A stretch of DNA of 61,239 nt, the filler included. It is 7 parts of 7 records of this genome, joined end to end, with 100 filler letters (N's around TTAATTAATTAA, not from the genome) between each part and the next. Parts side by side here need not be neighbours in the genome. Positions count along the whole stretch, not along the records: positions 50,913 to 61,239 come from SRR31147125_76347; 6 more parts are not named here. One strand, given 5' to 3'. The notes under the pieces were generated by a model. That model did no database searches. It worked only from the letters and a program-made list of their open reading frames with translations, and had not been told where the DNA came from. Shown one piece after another: positions 51,612 to 61,239 of this stretch. The translations under genes were made by a program, and so were the position numbers. Each line of letters opens with the position of its first letter. Positions within the stretch are counted from its first letter, which is position 1.

Positions 51612-52613
51612 ATGCGCCGTTTTCTTTTCTGGGCCGTATCAGCGATTGCAATCGCCCTGGTCGTTCTGATCTTGGCCGGCAATGCGCTTCTGTCACATAA
51701 GGTCACCCCCGACACCCCAGTCACACTCACCATCCCTTCCGGAAGCAGCCTCTACCATGTGGCCCTCCAGTTGGAAGAGGCTCAGGTAATCCACCATGCG
51801 AACCTGCTGAAGCTTCTCGCCCGCTGGAAAAATCAGGGCGGACAGATCCAGGCCGGGACCTATCGCTTTTCTCAAGCCGCAAGCGTGGAAGAAATCCTCG
51901 ATCGACTGGTCTTGGGAGATGTCGAGAAAGTGTCACTAACGATTCCTGAAGGGTTTTCTCTACAACAAATCATCGAGCGTATCAGCTCACTCGGCTATGG
52001 AAACCAAGAAACCCTGGCAGCCCTGGCTCATAACCCGGACTTTATAAAATCATTAGGAATTCCAGCCACAGAAAGTCTGGAGGGCTACCTGTTCCCCGAG
52101 ACCTATTCCTTTGTTCCGGGAATTGATGAGAAATCACTCCTGAAAATACTGGTGGGGCATTTCAAAACGCAAATCTCAGCAGACCTGAGAAAAGCGGCCA
52201 GCAGCGTCAACCTGACCCTGCATCAGCTCGTCACTCTCGCCTCCATTATTGAGAAAGAGACTGGACTTGTGAGCGAAATGCCGTTGATCTCTTCTGTCTT
52301 CCATAACCGCTTGAAAAAGAATATTCCGTTACAAACAGACCCGACGGTCATCTACGGCATCAAGGATTTTGATGGCAACATCACACGCAAACATCTGCGC
52401 ACTCCAACCCCTTACAACACGTACCTGGTCAAAGGACTGCCACCGGGGCCGATCGCCAGCCCGGGGAGAACTGCTCTCGAAGCGGCGGTCTTTCCGGCAA
52501 CAAGCAACTATCTTTATTTCGTCGCTCGCGGTGATGGCAGTCATCAGTTCTCTAAAACTCTGCGCGAACACAACGCTGCTGTTCGAAAATATCAGCTTAA
52601 CCGTTCCCGCTAA
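51612..52613 (+). CDS. mltG: endolytic transglycosylase MltG
   Basis: TIPEG, LEGYLFPETY, LASIIEKET, LQTDPTV and GLPPGPIASPG. Confidence 0.95.
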   Translation: MRRFLFWAVSAIAIALVVLILAGNALLSHKVTPDTPVTLTIPSGSSLYHVALQLEEAQVIHHANLLKLLARWKNQGGQIQAGTYRFSQAASVEEILDRLVLGDVEKVSLTIPEGFSLQQIIERISSLGYGNQETLAALAHNPDFIKSLGIPATESLEGYLFPETYSFVPGIDEKSLLKILVGHFKTQISADLRKAASSVNLTLHQLVTLASIIEKETGLVSEMPLISSVFHNRLKKNIPLQTDPTVIYGIKDFDGNITRKHLRTPTPYNTYLVKGLPPGPIASPGRTALEAAVFPATSNYLYFVARGDGSHQFSKTLREHNAAVRKYQLNRSR

Positions 52614-52637
52614 AAGTCCTTAAAAATCTTTTTGCTC

Positions 52638-52801
52638 GCCACGAAGGCACCAAGGCTCAAAGAAGAACGAAGCTTTTTTAGTTTCAAACCAAAGTAAATA
52701 ATGTTCCAGATGTTCTCTGCGAGCTCTCTCCCTCTGCCTCTCTGCGTTAAAAGTTTTGCGTCGCTGCGTTAAAAATCTTTGTGTCTCCGTTTCTTGGTGG
52801 C
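52638..52801. repeat. intergenic element with octamer/heptamer repeats in inverted orientation
   Basis: GCCACGAAGGCACCAAGGCTCAAAGA (52638-52663) inverted against TCTTTGTGTCTCCGTTTCTTGGTGGC (52776-52801). Internal CTCTGCG/CTGCGTTAAAA repeats. Confidence 0.65.
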
Positions 52802-52818
52802 CACAACCAAAAAACCAC

Positions 52819-52848
52819 AAAAAAAACGCCCCGGATTTCCGAGGCGTT
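52819..52848 (-). terminator. terminator after sfrA
   Basis: Minus strand AACGCCTCGGA-AA-TCCGGGGCGTT-TTTTTT. Confidence 0.8.
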
Positions 52849-52881
52849 GATTCTATTTAAAAATAATTGAAAGCGATAAAT

Positions 52882-55428
52882 TTAGGCTTTGGCAACCTCA
52901 ACAGTGGCCCTGTTACATCCGTCACACACGAGCTGCATCGCGCCAAGATCAACAAAGTTATAGGGAGCAAAGAACAAGCCTTGTGGAACGGTCGCTGTCA
53001 CTTTCACCTTACCGACTGTCGAACCGATGCTGCTTGTCAACTTCACCTTGTCACCATCAGCAAGGCCGGCATCACCAGCATCCTGCGGATTGATTTTAAT
53101 CAGGCCTTCCGGCTCAACTTCCATCGGTGCCGACGCCCACGTCGATGTTGTACCAAAATGACCGGCCGAAGTCCCTGTCAGCAGCTGCAGTCCATCAGCA
53201 CTGTCTGCAACGGTGATCAGCTGGTAATTCAGTGACTTATCCGCAACAGTAAACTGATTTTTCCGGCAGGTACGCCGCTCATCAGCAACCGTCTCAGCCC
53301 CTTCGTAGAGCGATGTCAATTCCTTGATTTCCTGCTGAATTGCAGCACGGCTGAAGTTGACATGGCTCTTCTTCAGGCGGCCAAACAGTTCGGCGAAAAT
53401 CGTCCAGTCCTCACGGCTCTGCCCAACCGGACGGATCGCCTGATTGAAGTTACGGACTGTCTGATCAAGAGAAGTAAAACTGCCGGTTTTTTCTGCAGCA
53501 GAAGCTCCCGGAAGAACAACATTGGCTAATTTAGTCACCGCTGTCGGGAAGATGTCCTGGACAACGAGGAACTCAACCTTTTCCAGGGCTTTCATCCAAC
53601 GGCTGCTGTTCGGGAACGTCTGTGGATTAACCGCTGCAAGGTAGAGGAAGCGAACCTTGCCTGCCTCAATCTCCTGCAGAATTCCTTCTGCGTCCAGACC
53701 ACCATCAGGCAGATCACACTTCCACGCATTTTCAAAAGAGTATTTGTTCTCGGCGTAGCTCTGATACCCGGGAAGGTTCTCTGGGTAAACACCCATATCC
53801 AGAACACCCTGAGTGTTTCCTTTGTCATCAAGCGGATACAGACCGCCATTGCCAGCCAATGCACCGCTCATGATCGCTAGATTGGCCACGGCTGCGGACT
53901 TGGCTGTTCCCAATTCAGAACGGATGATATCGGAACCGAAAATCACGGCAACATTCTCAGCCTGGCCGATGATATCAGCGGCTTCTTCAAGCTTGGCCAG
54001 ATCCAACCCTGTCGCTTCTGCGGCAGCGTTGAGATCAACCTTGGCCAGATCATCTTTCAACTCATCCAGGTTTGCGACGCTGCGGGTCAGCTCCTCTTCA
54101 CTGATCAGGTTTTTATTGACCAGAAGTCTGCAGAGAGCGTTTGCCAGAGAAATTTCGCTACCCGGCTTGTAAATCAGTTCGCTGCTGGCAAACTGCGACA
54201 GGTGAACACTGCGCATATTAGCGAGGATCAGCTTGCCTTCACCCCGACGCACGGCATCCTGAATCTGCCAGTCAACAGCGCTGGCTTCAGCCGTTGGATC
54301 CGCACCGAAAACAAAGACCGCATCCGCCTGACCGATCGCTTCAAGCTTGTTGCTGCTGCCTTTCAGACCGAGGCCTTTGTCTAGAGCCCGCAGAGAACGG
54401 ATGGCGCCAAAACGCGCTTCGGTATCAATATTATTGCTGCCGATCGCAGCCCGGAAAAATTTCTGGAACAGGTAGTTTTCTTCATTCGTCAGACGCGGAG
54501 AAGAGAGGCCTGCGATGGCTTCTGCACCGTTTTCTTCCTTGATTTCTTCAATCTTGGTCGCAACCAGCTCAATCGCCTGGTCCCAGGTTGTCGCTTCAGC
54601 GGCGACCATCGGGCTGGTCAGGCGCTCTTTGCTGTTGACGTAATCGTAACCAAAGAAACCGCCGACACAGAGATTCCCGTTGTTGCTTGTGCCCTGATCC
54701 TTCGAGGTCACTCGAAAAACTTCGTTGCCCTGAACGTTCAGTTCAATCTGGCACTGGCTTGGGCAGTAGCTACAGACGGACGGAACATTTCTCAAAGCCC
54801 ATGGACGTGCTTTAAACTTGAACGGCTTGGAAATCATTGTTCCGGTCGGGCAGACAGAAACGCAGTTACCGCAGAAGACACAATTCTCAACCTTCTTGTC
54901 AATAAAAGCGCGATCACCCTTTTCGTTGACAAACAGGGCATCAGCCGCGACCAATTCGTGGCAAACCTTGACACACTTTTCGCACAGGATGCAGCGTGAC
55001 GGGACCTGCTGAATCAGAGGCCAGTGATCAATCGTTTCCGCGTTGACATCTTCTGCCTTGAATTCCTGACGAGTGACATCAAGATCATAACAGGTGTTCT
55101 GCAGATCACACTCACCGCCAGCATCACAAACCGGGCAGTCAAGCGGGTGATTCACCAGAATCAATTCCATGATCTGCTTACGGATCCGGGTCAGCTTCTC
55201 CGACTGCGTGGTCACGACGATGCCTTCTTTAACCGGCGTATTACATGCGGTCATCGGGCGGTCAACACCCTCAATCTCCACGGCGCAAATCCGGCAGGCA
55301 CCTGTCGTTGAGACTTTTTCCAACCAGCAGAGAGTCGGGATATGAATGTTCAACTCTCGGGCAGCCTCAAGAATCGTGCTCCCTTTTGGAACGCTTACCG
55401 ACTTTCCATCTATCGTCAGCTTGACCAT
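52882..55428 (-). CDS. sfrA: NADPH oxidoreductase alpha subunit SfrA (NuoG/FDH-alpha-like)
   Basis: IPTLCWLEKVSTTGACRICAVEIEGVDRPMTACNTPV and HPLDCPVCDAGGECDLQ closely match Geobacter SfrA as recalled. Adjacent to sfrB. Confidence 0.88.
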   Translation of the reverse strand: MVKLTIDGKSVSVPKGSTILEAARELNIHIPTLCWLEKVSTTGACRICAVEIEGVDRPMTACNTPVKEGIVVTTQSEKLTRIRKQIMELILVNHPLDCPVCDAGGECDLQNTCYDLDVTRQEFKAEDVNAETIDHWPLIQQVPSRCILCEKCVKVCHELVAADALFVNEKGDRAFIDKKVENCVFCGNCVSVCPTGTMISKPFKFKARPWALRNVPSVCSYCPSQCQIELNVQGNEVFRVTSKDQGTSNNGNLCVGGFFGYDYVNSKERLTSPMVAAEATTWDQAIELVATKIEEIKEENGAEAIAGLSSPRLTNEENYLFQKFFRAAIGSNNIDTEARFGAIRSLRALDKGLGLKGSSNKLEAIGQADAVFVFGADPTAEASAVDWQIQDAVRRGEGKLILANMRSVHLSQFASSELIYKPGSEISLANALCRLLVNKNLISEEELTRSVANLDELKDDLAKVDLNAAAEATGLDLAKLEEAADIIGQAENVAVIFGSDIIRSELGTAKSAAVANLAIMSGALAGNGGLYPLDDKGNTQGVLDMGVYPENLPGYQSYAENKYSFENAWKCDLPDGGLDAEGILQEIEAGKVRFLYLAAVNPQTFPNSSRWMKALEKVEFLVVQDIFPTAVTKLANVVLPGASAAEKTGSFTSLDQTVRNFNQAIRPVGQSREDWTIFAELFGRLKKSHVNFSRAAIQQEIKELTSLYEGAETVADERRTCRKNQFTVADKSLNYQLITVADSADGLQLLTGTSAGHFGTTSTWASAPMEVEPEGLIKINPQDAGDAGLADGDKVKLTSSIGSTVGKVKVTATVPQGLFFAPYNFVDLGAMQLVCDGCNRATVEVAKA

Positions 55429-55506
55429 ATACTATTCACCTCGAATACCGGCTGATCCGTAGCGCAGTGTTGTGGAGACTGCTCAGCCTTATTTATGTTA
55501 ATCCTG

Positions 55507-57531
55507 TTAGACTGCGATCATCGAGACCCGGTAGCAACGCAGGCAACGCTCAGCTTCCATAATCGCGTCGCTATCGCTGAATCCGAGTTCAACTTCGTTG
55601 TAATTGCCTTCACTGGCACGCTCTTTCCCGTGAACCTCTTTCTGGTCAAAGCGCTGAACAGCATCCAGCCATGGAACATCCTCACCCTTGTCATAAACAC
55701 CCAGGTGATTGAGGATATCCTCATGGAAATCTTCGTCGGTCAGGTAAGCTTCACCCTCTTCAAACCAACGCTGAATAACCTTTGCAGCCCGGTGTGCGTT
55801 ACCGACACAGGCAACAACGGTCAAAGGACCGATCTCGGCATCACCGGAGGCGAAAACGCCATCCATATCGGTGATCAGAATCCGTGACAGGGGATTCCCC
55901 ATCTCGTCATTGAGATCGCGACCAGCTGCGTTTTTCAGTGGAACATACTTGGTCACCACGGTGTTCCAGCGGGTGATCTCGATTCCGGTGTCTTCTGTGA
56001 TGAAAGAGAGCTCCGGATCCTGGCCGATGGCTGGAATCAGAGTGTCACACTCAACGACAAACTCACTGCCTTCAACCGGTTGAGGACGGCGACGGCCCGA
56101 ATCATCCGGCTCACCAAGTTCCATCCGGACACACTCGACACCCGTGACCTGATTGTTATCATCGACGATGATTTTCTTCGGCAGAACGAGGAATTCAAAC
56201 TGGACACCCTCCTCATCCGCACCGTCAATCTCCCAGGAGTCAGCAGGCATTTCTTTGCGCGTCCGACGATAAAGCAGAACCGACTCTTCGGCACCCTCAC
56301 GCAGGGCCACACGGACACAGTCAATCGCGGTGTTACCACCACCGACAACACAGACCTTTTTGCCCATACCGGTCGGTTTGCCCATATAGGCATCGCGTAG
56401 GAACTCAATACCACCGGCGAGGAAGCCATTGTAACCTGCATCTTCACCTTCTATACCAGCCGGTTTGGAGATGTGAGCGCCCGGTGCCAGCAGAACCGCA
56501 TCGTGCTTCTCTTTCAGTTCTACCAGGCTGATATCAACACCGATCTTGGTGTCATACACAATATTGACACCCATGGCGCTGATAATATCGATATCACGCT
56601 GCAGAATATGACGTGGCATCCGGTAAGCTGGAATACCAACAGCGATCATGCCGCCACCGAAACCTTCCGGCAGGGCTTCATAGATTGTACAGGGATACCC
56701 TTCAAGAGCCAGATAATAGGCAGCGGCAAGGCCTGCAGGACCGGCTCCAACAATCGCCACATCCTTGTCTTTCTTCGGCTTCGGCTGCATCGGTGGCTGA
56801 TGATTGTGCTTCCACTCGTAATCAGACGCGGTCCGCTTGAGAACCATGATATTGATCGGATCATCAACATTGGCACGACGACAGGCTGTTTCGCACGGGT
56901 GCGGACAGACACGGCCACAGACAGCCGGCAACGGCATGCTCTCACGGATAATCCCGAGAGACTCATCAAAACGCCGGTCCTTGATCGCCTCAATGTAAGC
57001 AGGGATATCGATATGAGCCGGACACTTGTCCTGGCATGGAGCGGTCATCTTGACCTTGTAATCAACGTCTTTCTTCTGAGCGTTGTTACCGTTGATGTAA
57101 GCCAGATAATCGTCTTTGAAATGCTTGACGGTATCAAGAATCGGAATCGCAGAGGTCTGGCAGAGCGTACATTTACAGTTCTGCAGCAGTTCGGCGATAT
57201 TCTCGATGGTGTCAAGATCACTCTCTTCACCCTCACCCGAGACAATCCGCGCCATCGTGTCCTGCATGACCCGTGTGCCCTTTTTACCCGGTGAGCACTT
57301 CGCGCAGCAGTAGTCTTCCTGAACACGCTTGGCATATTCCGCAGCCATGGCTACGACATCGACGTTGGGATCGTTGAGAATCAGACCGTCCCAGCCCATA
57401 AAGGCTGAGATCTGCTTTTCACCATCAAAGGTAACTGGAAGTTTTTTCTTGGCAACTTCGACTTCTCCGTCGCCGCCCTTCCGATTATCAATAACCTGTC
57501 TTCCCCAACTGGAAAAAGCAACCTGTGACAA
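55507..57531 (-). CDS. sfrB: NADPH oxidoreductase beta subunit SfrB (GltD-like flavoprotein)
   Basis: FSSWGR...AFMGWDG, CCAKCSPGKKG, APCQDKCPAH, GAGPAG and GGGNTAIDC. TTG start with AGGAGG RBS. Confidence 0.9.
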   Translation of the reverse strand: MSQVAFSSWGRQVIDNRKGGDGEVEVAKKKLPVTFDGEKQISAFMGWDGLILNDPNVDVVAMAAEYAKRVQEDYCCAKCSPGKKGTRVMQDTMARIVSGEGEESDLDTIENIAELLQNCKCTLCQTSAIPILDTVKHFKDDYLAYINGNNAQKKDVDYKVKMTAPCQDKCPAHIDIPAYIEAIKDRRFDESLGIIRESMPLPAVCGRVCPHPCETACRRANVDDPINIMVLKRTASDYEWKHNHQPPMQPKPKKDKDVAIVGAGPAGLAAAYYLALEGYPCTIYEALPEGFGGGMIAVGIPAYRMPRHILQRDIDIISAMGVNIVYDTKIGVDISLVELKEKHDAVLLAPGAHISKPAGIEGEDAGYNGFLAGGIEFLRDAYMGKPTGMGKKVCVVGGGNTAIDCVRVALREGAEESVLLYRRTRKEMPADSWEIDGADEEGVQFEFLVLPKKIIVDDNNQVTGVECVRMELGEPDDSGRRRPQPVEGSEFVVECDTLIPAIGQDPELSFITEDTGIEITRWNTVVTKYVPLKNAAGRDLNDEMGNPLSRILITDMDGVFASGDAEIGPLTVVACVGNAHRAAKVIQRWFEEGEAYLTDEDFHEDILNHLGVYDKGEDVPWLDAVQRFDQKEVHGKERASEGNYNEVELGFSDSDAIMEAERCLRCYRVSMIAV

Positions 57532-57768
57532 ACCGGCCTCCTATGACCTGCTTCGACCTTCCGTAATGGGAAGGTCGAGAATCCCGCAAAAGGGGAGAAT
57601 CACCAGCTGTACTGGCGGTTTTCAGTGCTTAAGATCGTATACAGTATGCAGGTAGATAACACAAACAACGGTTCTAAATCAAGGCTATTTTTTAGAGAGG
57701 GGTCACTATCAGAAGTCGCATAAAGACAAGCAAAAACAGTTTGTTAGATTCATCTATTCTCGACTGTT

Positions 57769-58185
57769 TTACTCGTTCCAAGGCAGACGTGGGGGAGCGT
57801 TTTCAATCAACCAGAGACCCGGTTTTGTCATCTTTTCCTGATTCAGCTTCCAAAACTGGGTCCAGCGCCATTTCTTAATACTGCCAGAGGGCAAGCGATA
57901 GTACTGCATCTGGTACTCAACTTCGGTGCGACCCTCTTGACCCGGCGACATCTTCAGCACTTGGCTCTCAACGATATGAAGATCATCGTCTTCAACAAAC
58001 TGCTCCAGAAAGGCCGCCCTGACGCCGGGGGCTATGTAAAGAGAAGCGGTCTCAAAGTCCTTCCAGCGCATCGACTCACTGAAATTTTTCGCAGTTTTCG
58101 GTAGCGGCGTGCTCTCATTGATCGGGCCAACACAGGCGGACAGTGCAACACAAAGCAGGGAACAATAGAGCAATAAACGTTTCAC
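57769..58185 (-). CDS. hypothetical lipoprotein
   Basis: GTG start, GGAGG RBS, lipobox LSAC, FSESMRW motif. Confidence 0.75.
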   Translation of the reverse strand: MKRLLLYCSLLCVALSACVGPINESTPLPKTAKNFSESMRWKDFETASLYIAPGVRAAFLEQFVEDDDLHIVESQVLKMSPGQEGRTEVEYQMQYYRLPSGSIKKWRWTQFWKLNQEKMTKPGLWLIENAPPRLPWNE

Positions 58186-58203
58186 GGCACCCTCCTTCCG
58201 GGA

Positions 58204-58875
58204 TCAGTGTCCCGACTGTCCTCGTGCAGCATTTGATTTCAGCTGCGTGATCGTCTGGTGGTAATCATCAGAACCGAAGACGGCGCTCCCGGCGACAAAA
58301 ACATCGGCCCCGGCAGCAGCCACTTTTTCGATATTGTCTACCTTGACCCCGCCGTCAACTTCCAGTTCAATCGGCAGACCAAGCTGATCAATCCGCTGCC
58401 GCAACGCGGTAATTTTGTCGAGGCAGCTGTCAATAAAGGACTGCCCGCCAAAACCCGGATTAACCGTCATCAGCAACACCAGGTCAAGATCCGGCAGGAT
58501 CATATCAAGAGCAGAGAGCGAGGTCGCCGGATTCAGAGACACGCCAACCTTCTTCCCCAGAGACTTGACCAGCTGGACGGTCCGATGCAGATGTCGGTCC
58601 GCTTCAACATGAACAACAATCAGATCGGCCCCCGCTTTGGCAAAGTCAGGAATATACTGCGCCGGATTTTCGATCATCAGATGGACATCAAGCGGCAGAG
58701 ACGTCACCGGCCGAATCGCGTTAACCACCAGAGGCCCGATAGTGATATTCGGTACAAAGTGGCCATCCATAACATCAACGTGGACGTAATCGGCACCGGC
58801 CTGCTCAATCGCCTTGACTTCATCACCCAGGCGGGCAAAATCGGCTGAAAGGATAGAAGGGGCTATCTTGATCAT
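58204..58875 (-). CDS. rpe: ribulose-phosphate 3-epimerase
   Basis: [34 protein letters not shown] and EVDGG. Confidence 0.97.
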   Translation of the reverse strand: MIKIAPSILSADFARLGDEVKAIEQAGADYVHVDVMDGHFVPNITIGPLVVNAIRPVTSLPLDVHLMIENPAQYIPDFAKAGADLIVVHVEADRHLHRTVQLVKSLGKKVGVSLNPATSLSALDMILPDLDLVLLMTVNPGFGGQSFIDSCLDKITALRQRIDQLGLPIELEVDGGVKVDNIEKVAAAGADVFVAGSAVFGSDDYHQTITQLKSNAARGQSGH

Positions 58876-58977
58876 GGTTTCATTCCTGGAAAGATGGCAA
58901 GAAGTTGAACTGTTCCCTGTCGCCAAAAAGTGTGGAGACAGTGACAAACCGTTTATACATCGTCAAACAGAATAAAT

Positions 58978-60335
58978 CTATCCGCGATATCTGAACCGTG
59001 CCGCAAAAAAAGCATCCATACCATCATGTCGATGCGGATAACTCCTCAGGGTTCCCGTATCCGTCAGCAACGCGGTCCAGGCATCCGGCACCGTCTGCCT
59101 CAGGTCTTCCAACTCAAATGCCGGATGCGCCTCAAGGAATTCCTCTACGACCGCATCTGTCTCCTGATGACTGAACGTGCAGACGGAATAGAGCAGCCGT
59201 CCATCCGGACGGAGCAAGCCGGCAACATTGTTCAGAATGTCCAACTGCAGTGCCGCCAGCGTCTTCAGATTCGCCTTGCTTTTGTTCCAGCGGCCCTCAG
59301 GATTGCGCCGAAGCACTCCGAGCCCACTACAGGGAGCGTCCACCAGAATCCGGTCAAAGGATTGCGGGTCAAGAAAATCAGGCTGAGAGGTCAGGTCCCA
59401 CTGCTTTGTAGCGATACCACGGCAGCCGAGACGCTCGGCACCCTTGCGGATCAGATCAACGCGCTGCGGATACTTTTCCAGGGCCGTGATTTCGGCACCA
59501 TTTTCCACCAACGCTGCGATATGCGTCGTCTTACCACCCGGTGCGGCACAGGCATCGAGAACAGACTGTCCTGGATGAACATCCAGCAGATGCGCCATCA
59601 ACATACTGGCTTCATCCTGAACCTGATACAGGCCCTCCCGGTCTCCCGGGAACGGACTGTCACTCCTCTTTTCAACAATCACCGCTTCCGGGGCGTACTG
59701 CCCGGCACGCACCTGGTGCCCAGCGGCCATGAGATTGTCCAGAAATTGCTCGCGGGTTGTCTTCAGACCGTTCACTCGCAGTGTCGTGGGGGAGGTCCCA
59801 TCAACGACTCAGCCAGAGCACAAGCTTCGCGATTGGGCAGAGGGCGCATGATCTCCTTCGTCAGCCAGACGGGAAATCCGCACGCATGTTGCAGGTATGG
59901 TTTGATCTGCCCCGGTTCCGGCCAGGGGATCGTTTCTTTCCCGCGTTCCACTGAGCGAAGAATGCCGTTGATAAAGCCGGTCGCCTGATCGTGCCCCAAA
60001 TCCCGGGCAATCGTCACCGCCGAGTCAACGGACGCATGTGCCGGAACGCGTTCCAGCTCCAGCAATTGATAAACTCCGAGACGCAGCAACCAGAGCAGTT
60101 CGTCCTGAATGCGTTGCAACGATCGGTCGCAGAATTGTTCCAAGGCAAAATCGAGACGCCCCCTGAGACGCAAAACGCCGTAGACCAGTTCGGTTGTAAA
60201 ACGCCGGTCCCTCTGATCGAGCTGTGAACGTTTTAGGGCCGCATCGAGCGCCATATCAGAATAAGCGCCGTCAGCGACCCGCATCAGAACGTCAAAAGCC
60301 ACCCTGCGAGGGTTTGATTGTGGAGAAGAGCTCAA
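58978..60335 (-). CDS. rsmB: 16S rRNA m5C967 methyltransferase RsmB (frameshift near 59790)
   Basis: NusB-like N-terminal domain (TELVYGVLR) plus QDEAS, DACAAPGGKT, DAPCSGLG and YSVCT. Confidence 0.93.
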
Positions 60336-61163
60336 TTAAACGCGCATTCCTTCAAGGCGCTTGATGCGCTCTTCCATTGGTGGGTGGGTCGAAAACAGGG
60401 CACGCATGCCGCCGCTTTTAAGCGGGTTGACGATAAACATGTGCGCTGTCGCCTCATTGACCTTCTGCATCGGCATCTGCCGGTTCGAGGATTCCAGCTT
60501 CCGCAGGGCGCTCGCCAGATAATGGGGGTTCCCACAGTACTTCGCCCCTTTGGCATCAGCACCATATTCGCGAGAGCGGGAAATCGCCATCTGCACCAGC
60601 ATCGCCGCAATCGGGGCCAGAATCATCATCCCGATCATGGCAATCGGATTACTGTCCTCGTCATCCCGGCCGCCGAAGATCATCGCCCACTGAGCCATGT
60701 GAGCCAGCCAGCTGATCGCACCGGCAAAGGTTGCCGCAATCGATCCGATCAGGATGTCCCGATTCTGAACGTGGGCCAGCTCATGCGCCATGACCCCTTT
60801 GAGCTCCTCGCGATTGAGGATCTGCATGATGCCCTGGGTGGCTGCAACCACTGCGTGTTTGGGGTTACGTCCTGTGGCAAAAGCGTTCGGAGTCGGTTGC
60901 GGCAGCATATAGACCTTCGGCATGATCAGGCCATTGGCCTGGCAAAGTTCACTGACGATATCGTAAAGATCTCCGCTCTGGACTTCCTGACCGCGGTACA
61001 TTTTGACCACGATCTTGTCGGAGAACCAGTAACTGCCCAGATTCATCACCCCGGCCATCAACAGCGCAAAGGTCGCGCCGCTCTGCCCACCAAGGGCACC
61101 GCCGGCACCCACAAGCACCAGCGTCAATAATGTCATCAACATCACGGTACGCATCGTATTCAT
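60336..61163 (-). CDS. htpX: zinc metalloprotease HtpX
   Basis: [25 protein letters not shown] and FSTHPP. Confidence 0.95.
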   Translation of the reverse strand: MNTMRTVMLMTLLTLVLVGAGGALGGQSGATFALLMAGVMNLGSYWFSDKIVVKMYRGQEVQSGDLYDIVSELCQANGLIMPKVYMLPQPTPNAFATGRNPKHAVVAATQGIMQILNREELKGVMAHELAHVQNRDILIGSIAATFAGAISWLAHMAQWAMIFGGRDDEDSNPIAMIGMMILAPIAAMLVQMAISRSREYGADAKGAKYCGNPHYLASALRKLESSNRQMPMQKVNEATAHMFIVNPLKSGGMRALFSTHPPMEERIKRLEGMRV

Positions 61164-61239
61164 TATTTCTATCCTTTTTCCTATTAATTCGTCTTTGAGT
61201 TTTCAGTTTCGACCTGCTCAGGAGGGCAGGCAGGTTCCG

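Noticed and set aside
56473-57294. Long antisense ORFs (e.g. 935-1639, 56473-57294, 59026-59988, 60318-61130)
   Set aside because: They are shadows of well-supported genes on the opposite strand in GC-rich contigs and have no recognisable motifs.
52882-57531. sfrAB as a novel hydrogenase, formate dehydrogenase or Fe(III) reductase
   Set aside because: It matches the known Geobacter-type NADPH oxidoreductase. I saw no H-cluster motif or Sec/Cys FDH active site.

Overview
This window is not one locus. It is seven unrelated contigs joined by six 100-nt artificial spacers (N-run, TTAATTAATTAA, N-run), and many genes carry single-base homopolymer frameshifts that look like sequencing errors. Taxon labels below are inferred from protein resemblance and base composition. 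Contig 1 (1-7278, Desulfuromonadales-like): hflKC, SLC13 permease, HD protein, receiver protein and a DUF2917/MocR pair. Contig 2 (7379-21133, AT-rich diderm anaerobe, possibly Calditrichota/KSB1/Ignavibacteria-like) is the highlight, a divergent multiheme respiratory island with about 64 heme-binding motifs. Its left arm encodes two CbcL-like multiheme-c/cytochrome-b fusions and a c554 tetraheme. Its centre encodes a sigma54 activator with a Cys-rich PAS domain. Its right arm encodes a TPR protein, a multiheme lipoprotein interrupted by an in-frame UGA followed by a SECIS-like hairpin (predicted selenoprotein, GEG-U-GG), a tandem rhodanese lipoprotein, a beta-barrel porin, a 12-heme cytochrome and a 7-heme lipoprotein. 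The contig ends in a probable group II intron 3' tip. Contig 3 (21234-27391, Bacteroidota-like): RND permease, TolC, YbaK and metA. Contig 4 (27492-34200): a sigma54-controlled, Tat-less Mo/W-bisPGD enzyme of the acetylene hydratase/catechol dehydroxylase clade, with Fe-S and NrfD subunits. Contig 5 (34301-44799, Clostridia-like): housekeeping genes including ileS and an atypical orphan flavoprotein. Contig 6 (44900-50812, Desulfobacter-like): FecCD permease, binding protein, TonB receptor and a radical SAM/binding-protein fusion. Contig 7 (50913-61239, Desulfuromonadales-like): plsY, mltG, sfrAB, rpe, rsmB and htpX. No rRNA, tRNA or CRISPR array was seen.
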